From positions 5,332,001 to 5,396,000 of the forward strand of contig OZ024740.1 in NCBI GenBank assembly GCA_964016885.1: a stretch of 64,000 nt of DNA. Direction: 5' to 3'. Below the pieces are notes generated by a model. That model was not told the origin of the DNA. It did no database searches and saw only the letters and a list, made by a program, of their open reading frames with translations. Source of the stretch: Eledone cirrhosa (taxonomy: Eukaryota). Below are positions 1 to 12,818 of the stretch, one piece after another. A program made the position numbers and the translations under genes. Position 1 is the first letter of the stretch. Every line of letters begins with the position of its first letter.

Positions 1-2313
1 AGTCATGTGATGTATATTATATATCAAATGGTCATGTGAGATATATTATATATCAAATGGTCATGTGAGATATATTATATATCAAATGGTCATGTGAGGT
101 ATCTTATATATCCAATGGTCATGTGAGGTATATTATATATCAAATGGTCATGAGAGATTTATTATATATCAAATGGTCATGTGAGGGATATTATATATCA
201 AATGGTCATGTGAGGGATATTATATATCAAATGGTCATGTGAGGTATATTATATATCAAATGGTCATGAGAGGTATATTATATATAAAATGTCATGTGAT
301 GTATATTATATATCAAATGGTCATGAGAGGAATATTATATATCAAATGGTTATGTGAGATATATTATATATCAAATGGTCATGTGAGGTATATTATATAT
401 CAAATGGTCATGAGAGATATATTATATATCAAATGGTCATGTGAGATATATTATATATCAAATTGTTTACTCGAGAGAAGGCTACGTTGGTACGGTCACG
501 TGATGCGCATGAAAGACGACAGCTGTATAACAAAGTGCAGGGCAATAAAGATAGACGGTAGCCACGGAGTAGGCAGACCCAGAAAAACATGGGACGAGCT
601 GATAAATTCCGACCTTACACGCTTACACCTCTCCAAGACAATGTCACTGGACCGAGACCTTTGGCGGTACTCAGTAATAGAGAAGACCCGCCTTACCTAA
701 ATACAAAGTAAAAACCTACTACAGTCAGTAGGCACCTCTATCAAAACACACCCCCGTCCCACCACCTCCACCCCACCCACACCGCCCCTTTCAATGTAAA
801 GTTATGTTGGTCCCACAACATCCAGGCCGAAACAAATGAGATCGTGTAGGTGTCACGACAAAAAACACACAGTCCACGCTGTAAATGTGGCCGTGTAGGC
901 AACACGGTAAAAACCTCCCAGCCCCACACTGTAAATGTGGTTGGTGTTAGGAAGGGCATCCAGCTGTAGAAAACCCGCCAGACAGTCCACGCTGTAATGT
1001 GGCCGTGTAGGCAACACGGTAAAAACCTCCCAGCCCCACACTGTAAATGTGGTTGGTGTTAGGAAGGGCATCCAACTGTAGAAAACCCGCCAGACAGTCC
1101 TATGCGAGCAAGACAACCACTCTTGCCTCAAGTGGGAAAACCCCCGTCCAAACCCATGCAAGCGTGGAACACGGACGCTAAACCTGATGATGATGATGAT
1201 GATGATCAAATGGTCATGTGGGGTATATTATATATCAAATGGTCTTGAGAGGGATATTATATACCAAATGGTCTCATGAGGTATATTATATATCAAATGG
1301 TCATGTAAGGTATATTATATATCAACTGGTCATGTGAGGTATATTATATATCAAATGGTCATGGGAGGTATATTATATATCAAATGGTCATGGGAGGTAT
1401 ATTATATATCAAATGGTCATGTAAGGTATATTATATATCAACTGGTCATGTGAGGTATATTATATATCAAATGGTTATGTGAGGTATATTATATATCAAC
1501 TGGTCATGTGAGGTATATTATATATCAAATGGTTATGTGAGGTATATTATATATCAACTGGTCATGTGAGGTATATTATATATCAAATGGTTATGTGAGG
1601 TATATTATATATCAACTGGTCATGTGAGGTATATTATATATCAAATGGTTATGTGAGGTATATTATATATCAACTGGTCATGTGAGGTATATTATATATC
1701 AACTGGTCATGTAAGGTATATTATATATCAACTGGTCATGTGAGGTATATTATATATCAACTGGTCATGTGAGGTATATTATATATCAAATGGTTATGTG
1801 AGGTATATTATATATCAACTGGTCATGGGAGGTATATTATATATCAAATGGTTATGTGAGGTATATTATATATCAACTGGTCATGTGAGGTATATTATAT
1901 ATCAAATGGTTATGTGAGGTATATTATATATCAACTGGTCATGTGAGGTATATTATATATCAAATGGTTATGTGAGGTATATTATATATCAACTGGTCAT
2001 GTGAGGTATATTATATATCAAATGGTTATGTGAGGTATATTATATATCAACTGGTCATGGGAGGTATATTATATATCAAATGGTTATGTGAGGTATATTA
2101 TATATCAACTGGTCATGTGAGGTATATTATATATCAAATGGTTATGTGAGGTATATTATATATCAAATGGTCATGGGAGGTATATTATATATCAAATGCT
2201 CTTATGAGGTATATTATATATCAAATGGTCATGGGAGGTATATTATATATCAAATGCTCTTATGAGGTATATTATATATCAAATGCTCTTATGAGGTATA
2301 TTATATATCAAAT
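1..2313. repeat. 29-bp tandem satellite (ggtcatgtgaggtatattatatatcaaat), interrupted by an RTE insertion at 464-1204
   Basis: 29-nt periodicity read directly. From ~1440 to 2150 the caactggtcatg and caaatggttatg variants mostly alternate (58-bp dimer). Confidence 0.95.
464..1204 (+). mobile_element. 5'-truncated RTE-clade LINE (subfamily A), 3' end
   Basis: Encodes RRLRWYGHVMRM...GRPRKTW (RTE ORF C-terminus), then 3'UTR and (GAT)n tail. Target-site duplication atcaaat at 457-463 and 1205-1211. Confidence 0.92.
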
Positions 2314-3175
2314 TCTCAGGGTCACCAATTGACTGTCCAGTTAATTTAACCCACTACTAGTAGCCCCAATTCTAAGGGTCACCAATTGACTGTCCAGTTA
2401 ATTTAACCCCACTACTAGTAGCTCCAATTCTAAGGGTCACCAATTGACTGTACAGTTAATTTAACCCACTACTAGTAGCCCCAATTCTAAGGGTCACCAA
2501 TTGACTGTCCAGTTAATTTAACCCACTACTAGTAGCCCCAATTCTAAGGGTCACCAATTGACTGTCCAGTTAATTTAACCCACTACTAGTAGCACCAATT
2601 CTCAGGGTCACCCATTGACTGTACAGTTAATTTAACCCACTACTAGTAGCCCCAATTCTAAGGGTCACCAATTGACTGTCCAGTTAATTTAACCCACTAC
2701 TAGTAGCCCCAATTCTCAGGGTTACCAATTGACTGTCCAGTTAATTTAACCCCACTACTAGTAGCCCCAATTCTCAGGGTCACCCATTGACTGTCCAGTT
2801 AATTTAACCCACTACTAGTAGCCCCAATTCTCAGGGTCAGCCATTGACTGTCCAGTTAATTTAACCCCACTACTAATAGCTCCAATTCTAAGGGTCACCA
2901 ATTGACTGTCCAGTTAATTTAACCCACTACTCGTAGCCCCAATTCTCAGGGTCACCCATTGACTGTCCAGTTAATTTAACCCCACTACTAGTAGCCCCAA
3001 TTCTCAGGGTCACCCATTGACTGTCCAGTTAATTTAACCCACTACTAGTAGCCCCAATTCTCAGGGTCAGCCATTGACTGTCCAGTTAATTTAACCCCAC
3101 TACTAATAGCTCCAATTCTAAGGGTCACCAATTGACTGTCCAGTTAATTTAACCCACTACTTCTAACCCCAATTA
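2311..3175. repeat. 56/57-bp minisatellite, ~15 copies
   Basis: Unit aattctaagggtcaccaattgactgtccagttaatttaacccactactagtagcccc repeated head-to-tail. Confidence 0.93.
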
Positions 3176-3278
3176 ATTATAAAAGTATGATAATGATATT
3201 TTATCATAATTTCTGTATAAATTGTTCTATTATTTAAGGAATCTGTAGCTTTCAGCCATTTCTTTATTGCTGAAGAAT

Positions 3279-3926
3279 TTAACCCTTTAACATTTACATT
3301 ACTTTATATTTACTATTATATTTTCACAGTAAAAGCTTTACTTTTCATAATTATCACACAATATTGAATCTATGAGATTTTGATATTATTTATGTTGAGA
3401 ACAATACCTTAACATCAGTATGAGAGGCCTGTTACAGCTGGTTTGAACAGAAAGAAGTGAGAATTCTTGCCGGATACAGCCAGTTTAACCCTTTAGCATT
3501 TACATTATTCTACATATATATAGGGTAGTGGATTGGCAGTATTGGTAGAGGGTCGGATGCCATGCTTTGCAGCAAAGAGTTACGGCCCTTTATGACCTGA
3601 GTTCAAATCCTACCAAGGTTAACTTTGCCTCTCATCCTTACGGGGTCGATAAAATAAAGCACCAGTAATGTACTGGGATAATTGCTGACCTTGTGCCAAA
3701 AGTAGAAACAATTATATATATTTATATACTATTGTATTTTTGTGGTAAAGGCTGTTTCTCACATAATATCCCATATGATATAGAATCTATGAGATTTTGA
3801 TATTATTTATGTTGAAAACAATACCTTAATACTAGTATGAGCAGCTGATTATGACCAGTTTGAACGGAAAGAGGTGAGAGAATTCTGGCTATATACGGGG
3901 TCCTGCTTTAAATGGTAAAGGGTTAA
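3279..3926. mobile_element. Two adjacent piggyBac-type MITE copies (3279-~3484 lacking the right TIR; 3485-3926 complete)
   Basis: TTAA+CCCTTTAGCATT ... AATGGTAAAGGG+TTAA inverted termini. Internal sequence is shared with the copy at 30606-30819. Confidence 0.7.
3522..3716 (+). mobile_element. tRNA-derived SINE with MetaSINE-like core, nested in the MITE
   Basis: A-box-like tggcagtattgg, B-box gagttcaaatcc, core ctttgcctctcatcc..ggtcgataaaataaag.accag, 3' ccttgtgccaaaagtagaaacaatt. Confidence 0.75.
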
Positions 3927-4267
3927 AATCACTACTACATCAGCTTCAAATAAATGGACACCAATTTTAACAAAAATGTTAAGAACCTCATTAGATAATT
4001 TCATTTTACTGAAGCTTATATATATATTTATGTATTTCTTTGACAAAAAACTAATTTACTCTGTTTTTGTTATTTTTTTTACTTTAATGTTTCTTTTTAT
4101 ATTTAAAATGTTAGTTACTCATTTTTACCTTTTATTGTTTTTTTTTTATTTTCTTTCTTTTTTTTTGTGATTTTAGGCTTTCTACCAAAACATTCTGTCT
4201 GAAACAAATAACATAATTTTAAGTAATACGCTGCCCCCACCCCCTCCCCAATGATTATAACAAGAGA

Positions 4268-4927
4268 AGAGGGATCAGATGCTGTTTACTTGAGAGAAGA
4301 CTACGTTGGTATGGCCACGTGATGCGCATGAAAGACGACAGCTGTATAAAAAGTGCAGGGCGATCAAAATTGATGGTAGTTACGGAGTAGGTAGACCCAG
4401 AAAAACCTGGGACGATCTAATAAATTCCTACCTTACACACTTGCACCTCTCTAAGACAATGTCACTGGATCGAGATCTTTGGCGCTATGCACTAATACAG
4501 AAGACCCGCCTTGCCTAAGTACAAAGCAAAACCTACAGTCAGTAGGCACCTCTTAACACCCCGATCCACTATCCCTACTCTATCCTCCCACTCCCACCAA
4601 CACCACCCTCTCTCTATAAAGTTGGTACCACAACATCCAGTCCAAATAAATGAGATAATGAGATTGAGGTCGTGTAGGTGTCGCGACAAAAAAACACACA
4701 GTCGATGCTGTAATGTGGCCGTGTAGGTAACACGGTAAGGAGTTCCCAGTTCCACACTGTAAATGTGGTTGGTGTTAGGAAGGGTATCCAGCTGTAGAAA
4801 ACCTGCCAGATAGTCCTATATGAGCGAGACACGGTCACCTGACCAATCTTGCCTCAAGTGGGACAACTCCCGTCTAACCCATGCTAGCGTGGAAGATGGA
4901 CGTTAAACGAGGATGATGATGATGATG
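4268..4927 (+). mobile_element. RTE LINE 3' fragment (subfamily A)
   Basis: CRAIKIDGSYGVGRPRKTWDDL, shared 3'UTR, (GAT)n tail. Confidence 0.9.
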
Positions 4928-4984
4928 AAAGACGATTATTTAAGATTGAAATACTATGTCTGTACTTCCCCCCTCTCATTGATG

Positions 4985-5722
4985 ACTCTCTCTTTTTGAC
5001 TCTCACTCTCATCACTCCCTCTCTTTTTCTTTTTCTCTCTCCTCACTCTCTTCCCTCTCTCTCTCTTTCTCCCTCCTCACTTTCCTCATTCCCTCTCTTT
5101 CTCTCCCACCCTCATTGTTCTGTCTCTCACTTTTTCTCCCTTCTCACTCGCATCACTATCTCTCACTTTCTTTTTCTCTCTCTTTCGACTCTCTTCTCCC
5201 ACCCCATCTCTCCTGACTCTCTTCTCCCTCTTCTCTCTCCCTCTCTCCCAACTCTCTGTCCCCCTCTCTCCCGACTCTCTTCTCCCCCCTCTCTCCCGAC
5301 TCTTTTTCTCCCTCTCTCCCGACTCTCTCATGACTCTCTTCTACCGACTCTCTCCCGACTCTCTTCTCCCCCTCTCTCCTGACTCTCTTCTACCCCTCTC
5401 TCCTGACTCTCTTCTACCCCTTTCTCCCAACTCTCTTCTACCCCCTCTATCCCGACTCTGTTCTACCCCCTATCTCCCGACTCTCTTCTCCCCCTCTCTC
5501 CTGACACTCTTCTACCCCTTCTCTCCCGACTCTCTTCTACCCCCTCTCTCCCGACTCTCTTCTACCCCTCTCTCCTGACTCTCTTCTACCCCCTCTCTCT
5601 CGACTCTCTTTTCCCCTCTCTCCTGACTCTCTTCTACTCCCTCTCTCCCGACTCTCTTCTACCCCCTCTATCCCGACACTTTTTCCCCCCTCTCTCCCGA
5701 CTCTCTTCTACCCCCTCTCTAC
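4985..5722. repeat. CT-rich low-complexity tract / degenerate ~24-26-bp minisatellite (ctctctcccgactctcttctacccc)
   Basis: Polypyrimidine tract with a recurring unit. Confidence 0.85.
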
Positions 5723-5867
5723 ATAACTCAAGTCTGATACAAATTGAATTAGTTTCGATGACGGATGAACATAAAACTAAAAAGATGAAGTGAAATGGAG
5801 GCTAACATTGTCAATGTCTTTTAATGACATTAAATACATTAAATAAATATATATATATATATACACA

Positions 5868-6340
5868 TTGAGGAACTTGCTTTGCAACCAGTTAGTTCTA
5901 GATTCTGCCCAGATATGTGGTACGATGGGTAAGTGTGTTCTACAGTAGCCTTTGGTTGACCAATGCTTTGTGAGCAGAATTTGGTAAAACCCATTGTGTG
6001 TGTATATACTAATCTTACGTGTTTATTTCTTCTCCTCCAATTTATTACAATGTCTTACTCATTTTTTAACACAATATCTTACTTTCTTCTTTCTTTTTTC
6101 CTTTGTTTTATTCATAACTATAAGAAGTACCACACTTTTTCCCTGATATCACATAAAATTCTATGTGTACTTGTAATTTAATTGCTAAAGATGTTTGTCC
6201 CTTGTCTCTTCTTCCACTGGACAACGTTTGGCTTGTGTCAGATGCTGTGACCCTGGGTGGTTCAGCAGTACCATTGGTAGGGGTTAAAACTGCCAAAGTT
6301 CTCATCAACGGTCGATGACCCTGGAGTTCTGTGTCCATTT
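5868..6340 (+). mobile_element. Degenerate OK-like SINE remnants
   Basis: ttgctttgcaacca...gggtaagtgtgttctacagtagcc...ttgtgagcagaatttggta and tgtttgtccc...gacaac resemble the octopus OK SINE (recalled, not aligned). Confidence 0.45.
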
Positions 6341-6849
6341 GTATTTTTATTTAAAAAAATAATTTTTTAAGGTTCCACCTTAAAAAATTGTTTTTTGTTT
6401 TGCTTTATTTCCATTCATTGTGCTGTCTTCTCTGTTAATTTTCTTAAGTTTATATATACATATACATATTTGCTTTTTAATTTTCAACAAAGCTGGCTGT
6501 AACATCACTTGGTATGGAAAGGTAGCTAATCAGCCGATGTATAAATTTGAGAATACTCTGTGTTCTCAACAGTTTCAGTGGGTAGCAATGAGCAGAATAC
6601 ACAATCTTGAGAAGGAGCAAGACACTCCGAAACAATTGTCAATTGTCAATTGTTTTCTCTCAGCTACCTCTGGAACAAAAGGATGATGTTGTCATCTATC
6701 ACATGGTGTTTATGAGGTGGTTTGTTTGCTGCACCTAAAATTTCAAACCTTGTAATATACTGAATTTAAAATCCACCAGTTTTCAAATGCTGAAGCACTG
6801 GAGAATGTTGGAGCTATGATAAAAATGCACACAGCTTAAAGTAGTAGTA

Positions 6850-7136
6850 CTGGTGTCAATAAAGCACGCAATTCACACTGAGTCACTAGTGCTGGTGACA
6901 TGACAAAAAGCACCCCGTCCTTCCTGCAAGGGGGTCATGCCAGAATCATGATTAAATGTTCCCAATACATGCTGTAAAATGTTTGGCGTTAGGAAGGGCA
7001 TTCAGCCATAGAAACCAAGCCCAAAACTGAGTGTACAAGTCTGAGTGTATTAATTTGGCTTCAGTATGTGACAATCTGTCTAACCCATGCAAGCATAGAA
7101 AATAGTTGTTAAACAGTGATGGAGATGATGATGATG
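6850..7136 (+). mobile_element. Old RTE 3'UTR fragment
   Basis: ttggcgttaggaagggcattcagcc...aacccatgcaagc, degenerate (GAT)n tail. Confidence 0.7.
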
Positions 7137-7204
7137 TATGCAGGCAAAACTGCAGAGTATTTAGCCTTAATATAATGAGTGTATGCGTATATATATATAT
7201 ATAT

Positions 7205-7633
7205 GATGAGGTGATAAAAGCTGACCTTGCCCAATTGCACCTCTCAAAGGCAAATGACACAGGACCGTGACCTCTGGCATCACACAGAAGACCCGACCTC
7301 CCAAGGGTTCAAGCCAAATCTGAAGCATATAGACAATATGCCCCCACCCTCTCCCACTGCAAAGTGGTCGTGGAGGTGTCACAATAAAAAAGCACCCAGT
7401 CCACACTGTAAAGTGGACGTGTAGGTGCCACGGCAAAAAAGCACCCACCGCTCACTGTAAATGAGGTTGGTGTTAGGAAGGGCATCCAGCTGAAGAAATC
7501 AAGCCAGAATCAGTTCCCGTATGAGCAAGGCAAGGTCAGCCGACCGGACACTGTCCACAACAGGACAACCCGTCTAACCCATGCTAGCGTGGAAGAATGG
7601 ACGTAAAACAGTGATGATGATGATGATGATGAT
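7205..7633 (+). mobile_element. RTE 3' fragment (subfamily B)
   Basis: gatgaggtgataaaagctgacc ... gaaatcaagccagaatcagttcc ... (GAT)n. Confidence 0.88.
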
Positions 7634-8044
7634 ACACACAGACACATACATAAATATATAGCGATGATTTGATGGTCGTAGTTGGTTAGTTGATTGTGTT
7701 GTGGTGTTGATTCATTTGTTGCGTGTGTGTTCATGTGTAGCTTGCTGTGTCGTGTGGTCAGTGGTGTGATACAGTGTGACCAGAGTTGCATGTGTACAGG
7801 TAAGTGTTCAATAAAATGATATGATAGTTCCTTGATCACACAGAAAATGAATATATATAAATGAACCACGGTTACACCAAACCGCTATATTATTGAAAAT
7901 AATTCACGCCGGAGCTATACTAAAAATAGACAAGAATTATGGACGTTATTTGTTTGTAAAAGTAGAATTAAATTGTATTTACCAAGAAAACTTTATGAAC
8001 TTCACTGGCTTGGGTAAGAGAGAGACCAGGAGATAGAGAGTGAG

Positions 8045-8077
<33 letters not shown>

Positions 8078-8449
8078 TAGATATAGAGAGAGAGAGAGTG
8101 AGAGAGAGAGAGTGAGAGTGAGAGTGAGAGAGAGACCAAGAAAGAGATTGAGTGAAAGTAATAGAGAGTAAGAGAAAGTAAGAGTCTGTAAGACCCGAAG
8201 AGGTCTGTAGAAATCAATGGTTTACATGTTTACTCTATCAAGAACTGCTTTGAACTGCCTGGCCTGATCTAAGGCAGGCTATTTATCTATGTCGCTTCCA
8301 CTGTCCCCAAGCCTTGAGAACAAAGGGCTGACTTTCAAGGTTATCCAATCTCAGACCTGTTGACACCCGAAAGCAGATAACTCAGAAAATAACCATTAAA
8401 TGTCACCCAGGGGTCAAGGTGTGTGCAGATTTCACTACACACACACTCA

Positions 8450-8612
8450 CATCATCATCATTTTACGTCCGCTTTTCCCTGCTTGCAAGGGTGGGACGGG
8501 AACTGATTCTGGCTTGATTTCTACAGCTGGATGCCCTTCCTAACACCAACCTCATTTACAGTGAGTGCTGGGTGCTTTTTTGCCGTGGCGCCTCCACGAC
8601 CACTTTACAGTG
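8450..8612 (-). mobile_element. RTE 3'UTR fragment (internally deleted)
   Basis: (CAT)n followed by the reverse complement of the subfamily B 3'UTR. Confidence 0.8.
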
Positions 8613-8639
8613 GAATGATAGGGACCCCAGTCCTATCAT

Positions 8640-8783
8640 CTCATTTCTACAGCTGAGTAAACTGGAGCAATGTGAAATAAAGTGTCTTGCTCAAGGAAAC
8701 AACACATCACCCGGTCTGAGAATTGAACTCACAACCTTTCGATTGCAAGGCCAATGCTCTAACCACTAAGCCATGTGCCTCCA
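8640..8783 (-). mobile_element. tRNA-derived SINE 5' part
   Basis: Minus strand has A box tggcttagtgg, B box gagttcaattc, then ccttgagcaagacacttt. Confidence 0.7.
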
Positions 8784-8844
8784 TATATATATAGAAATAA
8801 TAATTATGAAGACCAAAATCCGAAGAGGGCTCACTAAGGATTAT

Positions 8845-9226
8845 GATGATGGCCTCTGTGTTCTCCAGCATCTTTTAGATTTACGCCCTACCCCTTACCC
8901 CAGTAATACCACTCTTCTACGTCTGGCTGAGCTTGTTCTCACCCTTAATGGATTTTCTTTTTTGGGTGAATTTTACCAGCAGGTCTCTGGGGTAACGATG
9001 GGAATCAGAATGGATCCAAACTATGCCAGCTTGTTTGTTGGCTACGTCAAAGCCCAGATCTTCTTCCAGTATGCTGGACCAACTCCTGAGCTATACGGTC
9101 GTTATATCGACGACTGTATTGGCGCAACCTCACTATCACGAGAACAGCTTGACTGTTTTCTTTCTTTTGTCCAATCTTTCCATCCTTCTCTCACTTTCAT
9201 CGCCTCCGTCTGTGATTCTTCTGTAA
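8845..9226 (+). mobile_element. Penelope-like element reverse transcriptase fragment
   Basis: LAELVLTLNGFSF..FYQQVSGVTMG..PNYASLFVG..YGRYIDDC: PLE-type RT motifs. Confidence 0.8.
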
Positions 9227-9239
9227 ACAAGTAAACACC

Positions 9240-10410
9240 CCAACCATCGATTACCTGTACTAGACACAGAGCTCTGGTTAGATACCATTAATAACAAAAA
9301 ACAAATCCTCCATTCTCATTATGCCAAACCCATGACTTCCAAATATCTGATCCACCGAAACTCAGCTGTTTTGGACCATACCAAAATCTACTGATTGCGG
9401 ATTTGGTACGGGTGATGAGAAACGTGTCCCGCATGTGCAACCCCGAAGAACTAGAGAGACACATACAACACTTCATCAACCGTATGCAGTTCTCTGGTTA
9501 CAATCAGAGAGATAAAATCAGAGTGTATAGAGGAGCCAGAACCAAATGGGAAAAAAATGGTAAATAATGACACAAATGGGACCTGCCCCTTGTATAGGAG
9601 CAAATTTTGGAATAGAATAGAAAGAACTAGGAATAAGGCTAATAGAATAAACTCATGGTATGATAACAATAAATACTAGAGTATAATGTTCATCAATACA
9701 ACCCCTAGAGGTGAATTAGCTTACAAATTTAGAAGGGCCAGCTCGTAGTGTAGGGGAACGGATAAATGAACACTGGCGAGACCTTCAAGATAGTAAAGAA
9801 TCATCTGTATTCTACCAACATGCTAAAATAGAACATAAGGGTAAATTAGAGAACATAGAAATAAAAATAGAATCTACACACAGAAAAGATGCAATGTTTA
9901 GACAAATCACAGAGGCAATAAACATAAAAGAATTACAACCAAAATTAAATAGAAAACATCAGTGGAACAGCAACATCACAACTTACAATTAAGGACAAAA
10001 TGAAAACACACACGCACATAGAACAAACAACCAACCTGTAACATGTAAATAAACAAATAAATAAACGAATATAAACACACACAGACACCCGGATGTGGCG
10101 CATGCGCAGACTGAGCACACAACACACACACAGAAACAAGATGGCGTAGGACAGAACAAAGGAGAGGCACAAAAACAAAGAAAAGAATCCCCAGTCACTG
10201 AAGAGGTCACAGAATGTGTGACGAAAGAACCTTGACAATATATAAACAACCATCTGGTTGTGGAACCAACCAACCAACCGGAAATTTATAAATTCCTAAA
10301 TTTATAAATTTGTTATAATAAATTGAAGTGAAAGCAACTGGTGCGTGTGTTTCTTATTGGCAACATGACCCTCCCAAAGTATAACAATATCGGTTTCAAC
10401 ACACGTTTTC
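9240..10410 (+). mobile_element. Second Penelope-like element (possibly Naiad-like): RT thumb/linker, deleted GIY-YIG C-terminus and pLTR
   Basis: Read manually: LIADLVRVMRNVSRMC..RMQFSGY..PLYRSKFW and RSVGERINEHWRDL..FRQITEAINIKELQPKLNRKHQW. A hammerhead-like ctgaaga..gaaa lies at 10198-10226. Confidence 0.7.
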
Positions 10411-10449
10411 AGATAAAGAATCTTGCTAAAAAAATTCAGAAACGAAATA

Positions 10450-10457
10450 TCTCTATA

Positions 10458-10494
<37 letters not shown>

Positions 10495-10742
10495 GCGTGT
10501 GTACAGATATATATATATGTGCATATGTATGTATATGTGTGTGTGTGGAATCAGGGATTGCCTTGGACAAAAAAAAGCCAACAGAACCTGTTAATTTAAG
10601 ACAAGTGACAACATGTTGCATTAGAGAGAAAGCTGCCTAAACTCTTAGTTACTGTGGTTACTTTACATATGCCCACACATACATACCACACACATATACC
10701 ACACACATATACACATACATATGCACATACATACACACACAT

Positions 10743-10825
<83 letters not shown>

Positions 10826-11205
10826 CTGACACACACATACATAAATGCACATACACTTGAGTTACTTATGTACATTGTTTCACTCACCCACACTTCCATA
10901 TACACACATATACACATGTACTGTCTCAAGCACACACACGTTTTCTCAATCTCATATACACATACATACATATTTACATACTTATATACACACATATACA
11001 CACACACACCCAAATATACACACTCACTCCCTCACAGAGACACACACATATACACACTCACTCCCTCACAGAGACACACATATATACACACACACACCCT
11101 CACACAGAGACACACACATATACACACTCACTCCCTCACAGAGACACACACATATATACACTCACTCCCTCACAGACACACACATACAAACACTATACAT
11201 TCACC
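10450..11205. repeat. (CT)n/(TA)n/(CA)n microsatellite mosaic
   Basis: Direct reading. Confidence 0.9.
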
Positions 11206-11289
11206 TGAGACATTGATCTTATATGATTACACTAGTGCTGTACCTATAAACTATCTACCATCTAGTTATCTACTAATTACCAGTAACTA

Positions 11290-11402
11290 TTAACTAACTT
11301 GTAATTACCAATAACTAATAATTAACTAGTAATTACCAATAACTAATAATTAACTAGTAATTACCAATAACTAATAATTAACTAGTAATTACCAATAATT
11401 AA
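11290..11402. repeat. 28-bp AT-rich tandem repeat (~4 copies)
   Basis: actagtaattaccaataactaataatta repeated. Confidence 0.8.
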
Positions 11403-11431
11403 TGAGTAAAACAATCTTCTGGCCGTGAACC

Positions 11432-11497
11432 ATGTCAGTAGGGTTTGATTTTAGACAAGACTCACCTCATGTTGAACGACTGGAAAGAACCTTAAGG
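11432..11497 (+). CDS. KIF25: Probable first coding exon of a KIF25-like kinesin-14 gene (MSVGFDFRQDSPHVERLERTLR)
   Basis: aaccATG Kozak context in a unique island between repeats, 22 codons, then donor AGG|gtgaga in phase 0. Joins in frame to 51753 giving LERTLR-EKDERIMSLETEN. Confidence 0.55.
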
Positions 11498-11517
11498 GTG
11501 AGATTATTTAACCCATT

Positions 11518-11554
11518 TACACACACTCTCTCGCATACACACACACACACTCTC

Positions 11555-11587
<33 letters not shown>

Positions 11588-12280
11588 TACACAGACACAC
11601 TCTCACATACACAGACACACACACACTCTCACACATACACATACACACTCTCACACATACACAGACACACTCTCTCATACACAGACACACACACACTCTC
11701 ACACATACACAGACACACTCTCACATACACTGAAACACACACACACTCTCACACATACACACACACACACACACTCTCACACATACACAGACACACTCTC
11801 ACATACACTGAAACACACACACACTCTCACATACACAGACACACACACACTCTTACACATACACATACACACTCTCACACATACACAGACACACTCTCTC
11901 ATACACAGACACACTCTCACACATACACATACACACACACACTCTCACACATACACAGACACACTCTCACATACACTGAAACACACACACACTCTCACAC
12001 ATACACAGACACACACACACTCACACATACCCAGACACAGGCACACACACACGCTCTCACACATACATACAGACACAGACACACAGACACACACTCAGAC
12101 ACAGATGCACACAGACACACACATAGACACACATACACACACACAGACATAGACACACAGAAACATATACATATACTCTCACACACACACATGCACACAC
12201 ATGCACACATACACACACAGGTACACAGACACGCACACACCTATACACCTACACACCTACACACACACACACACACACAA
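11518..12280. repeat. (CA)n-rich compound microsatellite
   Basis: Direct reading; source of the TH-rich 307-aa ORF extension. Confidence 0.92.
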
Positions 12281-12506
12281 CATATGCTCCTGCTTTCTTA
12301 TTTGCTTGTTATTGTAGTTATTTTTTGTTTTAGTTTGGCCTCCTGTGACCTTTGACATCTGTTACCTGTTATTTAAAAAAATTGTTCTCCTTTTCTTATC
12401 TTACTGGTTTCAGTCACGGCACTGTGGCCATGCTGTAGTGTTCACCATCACAGGCTTATAAGAGACAAGAGGGGGGGGGGGGGGGTCAGTCAGTACCTTG
12501 CACCAT

Positions 12507-12787
12507 TAGTATGTTGGATAGTGTGCTTTGAAGTATTCTCTCTCTGAGTTCAAATCCTGCTGAGGTCAACTTTGCCTTTTATCCTTTCAAGTTTGATAAA
12601 AAAAGTACCAGTCAAGTACTGGAGTTGATTCTTCTTCTATATCCATTTCTCACTTCTATACTTCACTTTCTATCTTCTGGAAGAAATCTGCTGTATTTAG
12701 AGATGGAGGGCTCTTCCAGGTTTAAAAAAGCTCAAGAAATGTTGTATGTCAATATGCTGCCACTGGGACTCCATCAGGAGTTACAGA

Positions 12788-12818
<31 letters not shown>

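Noticed and set aside
6500-6840. Unique-looking stretch with possible exon signals
   Set aside because: No convincing splice pair or recognisable peptide on either strand.
11498-12355. His/Thr-rich extension of the 307-aa ORF
   Set aside because: Lies after a good splice donor and is (CA)n repeat.
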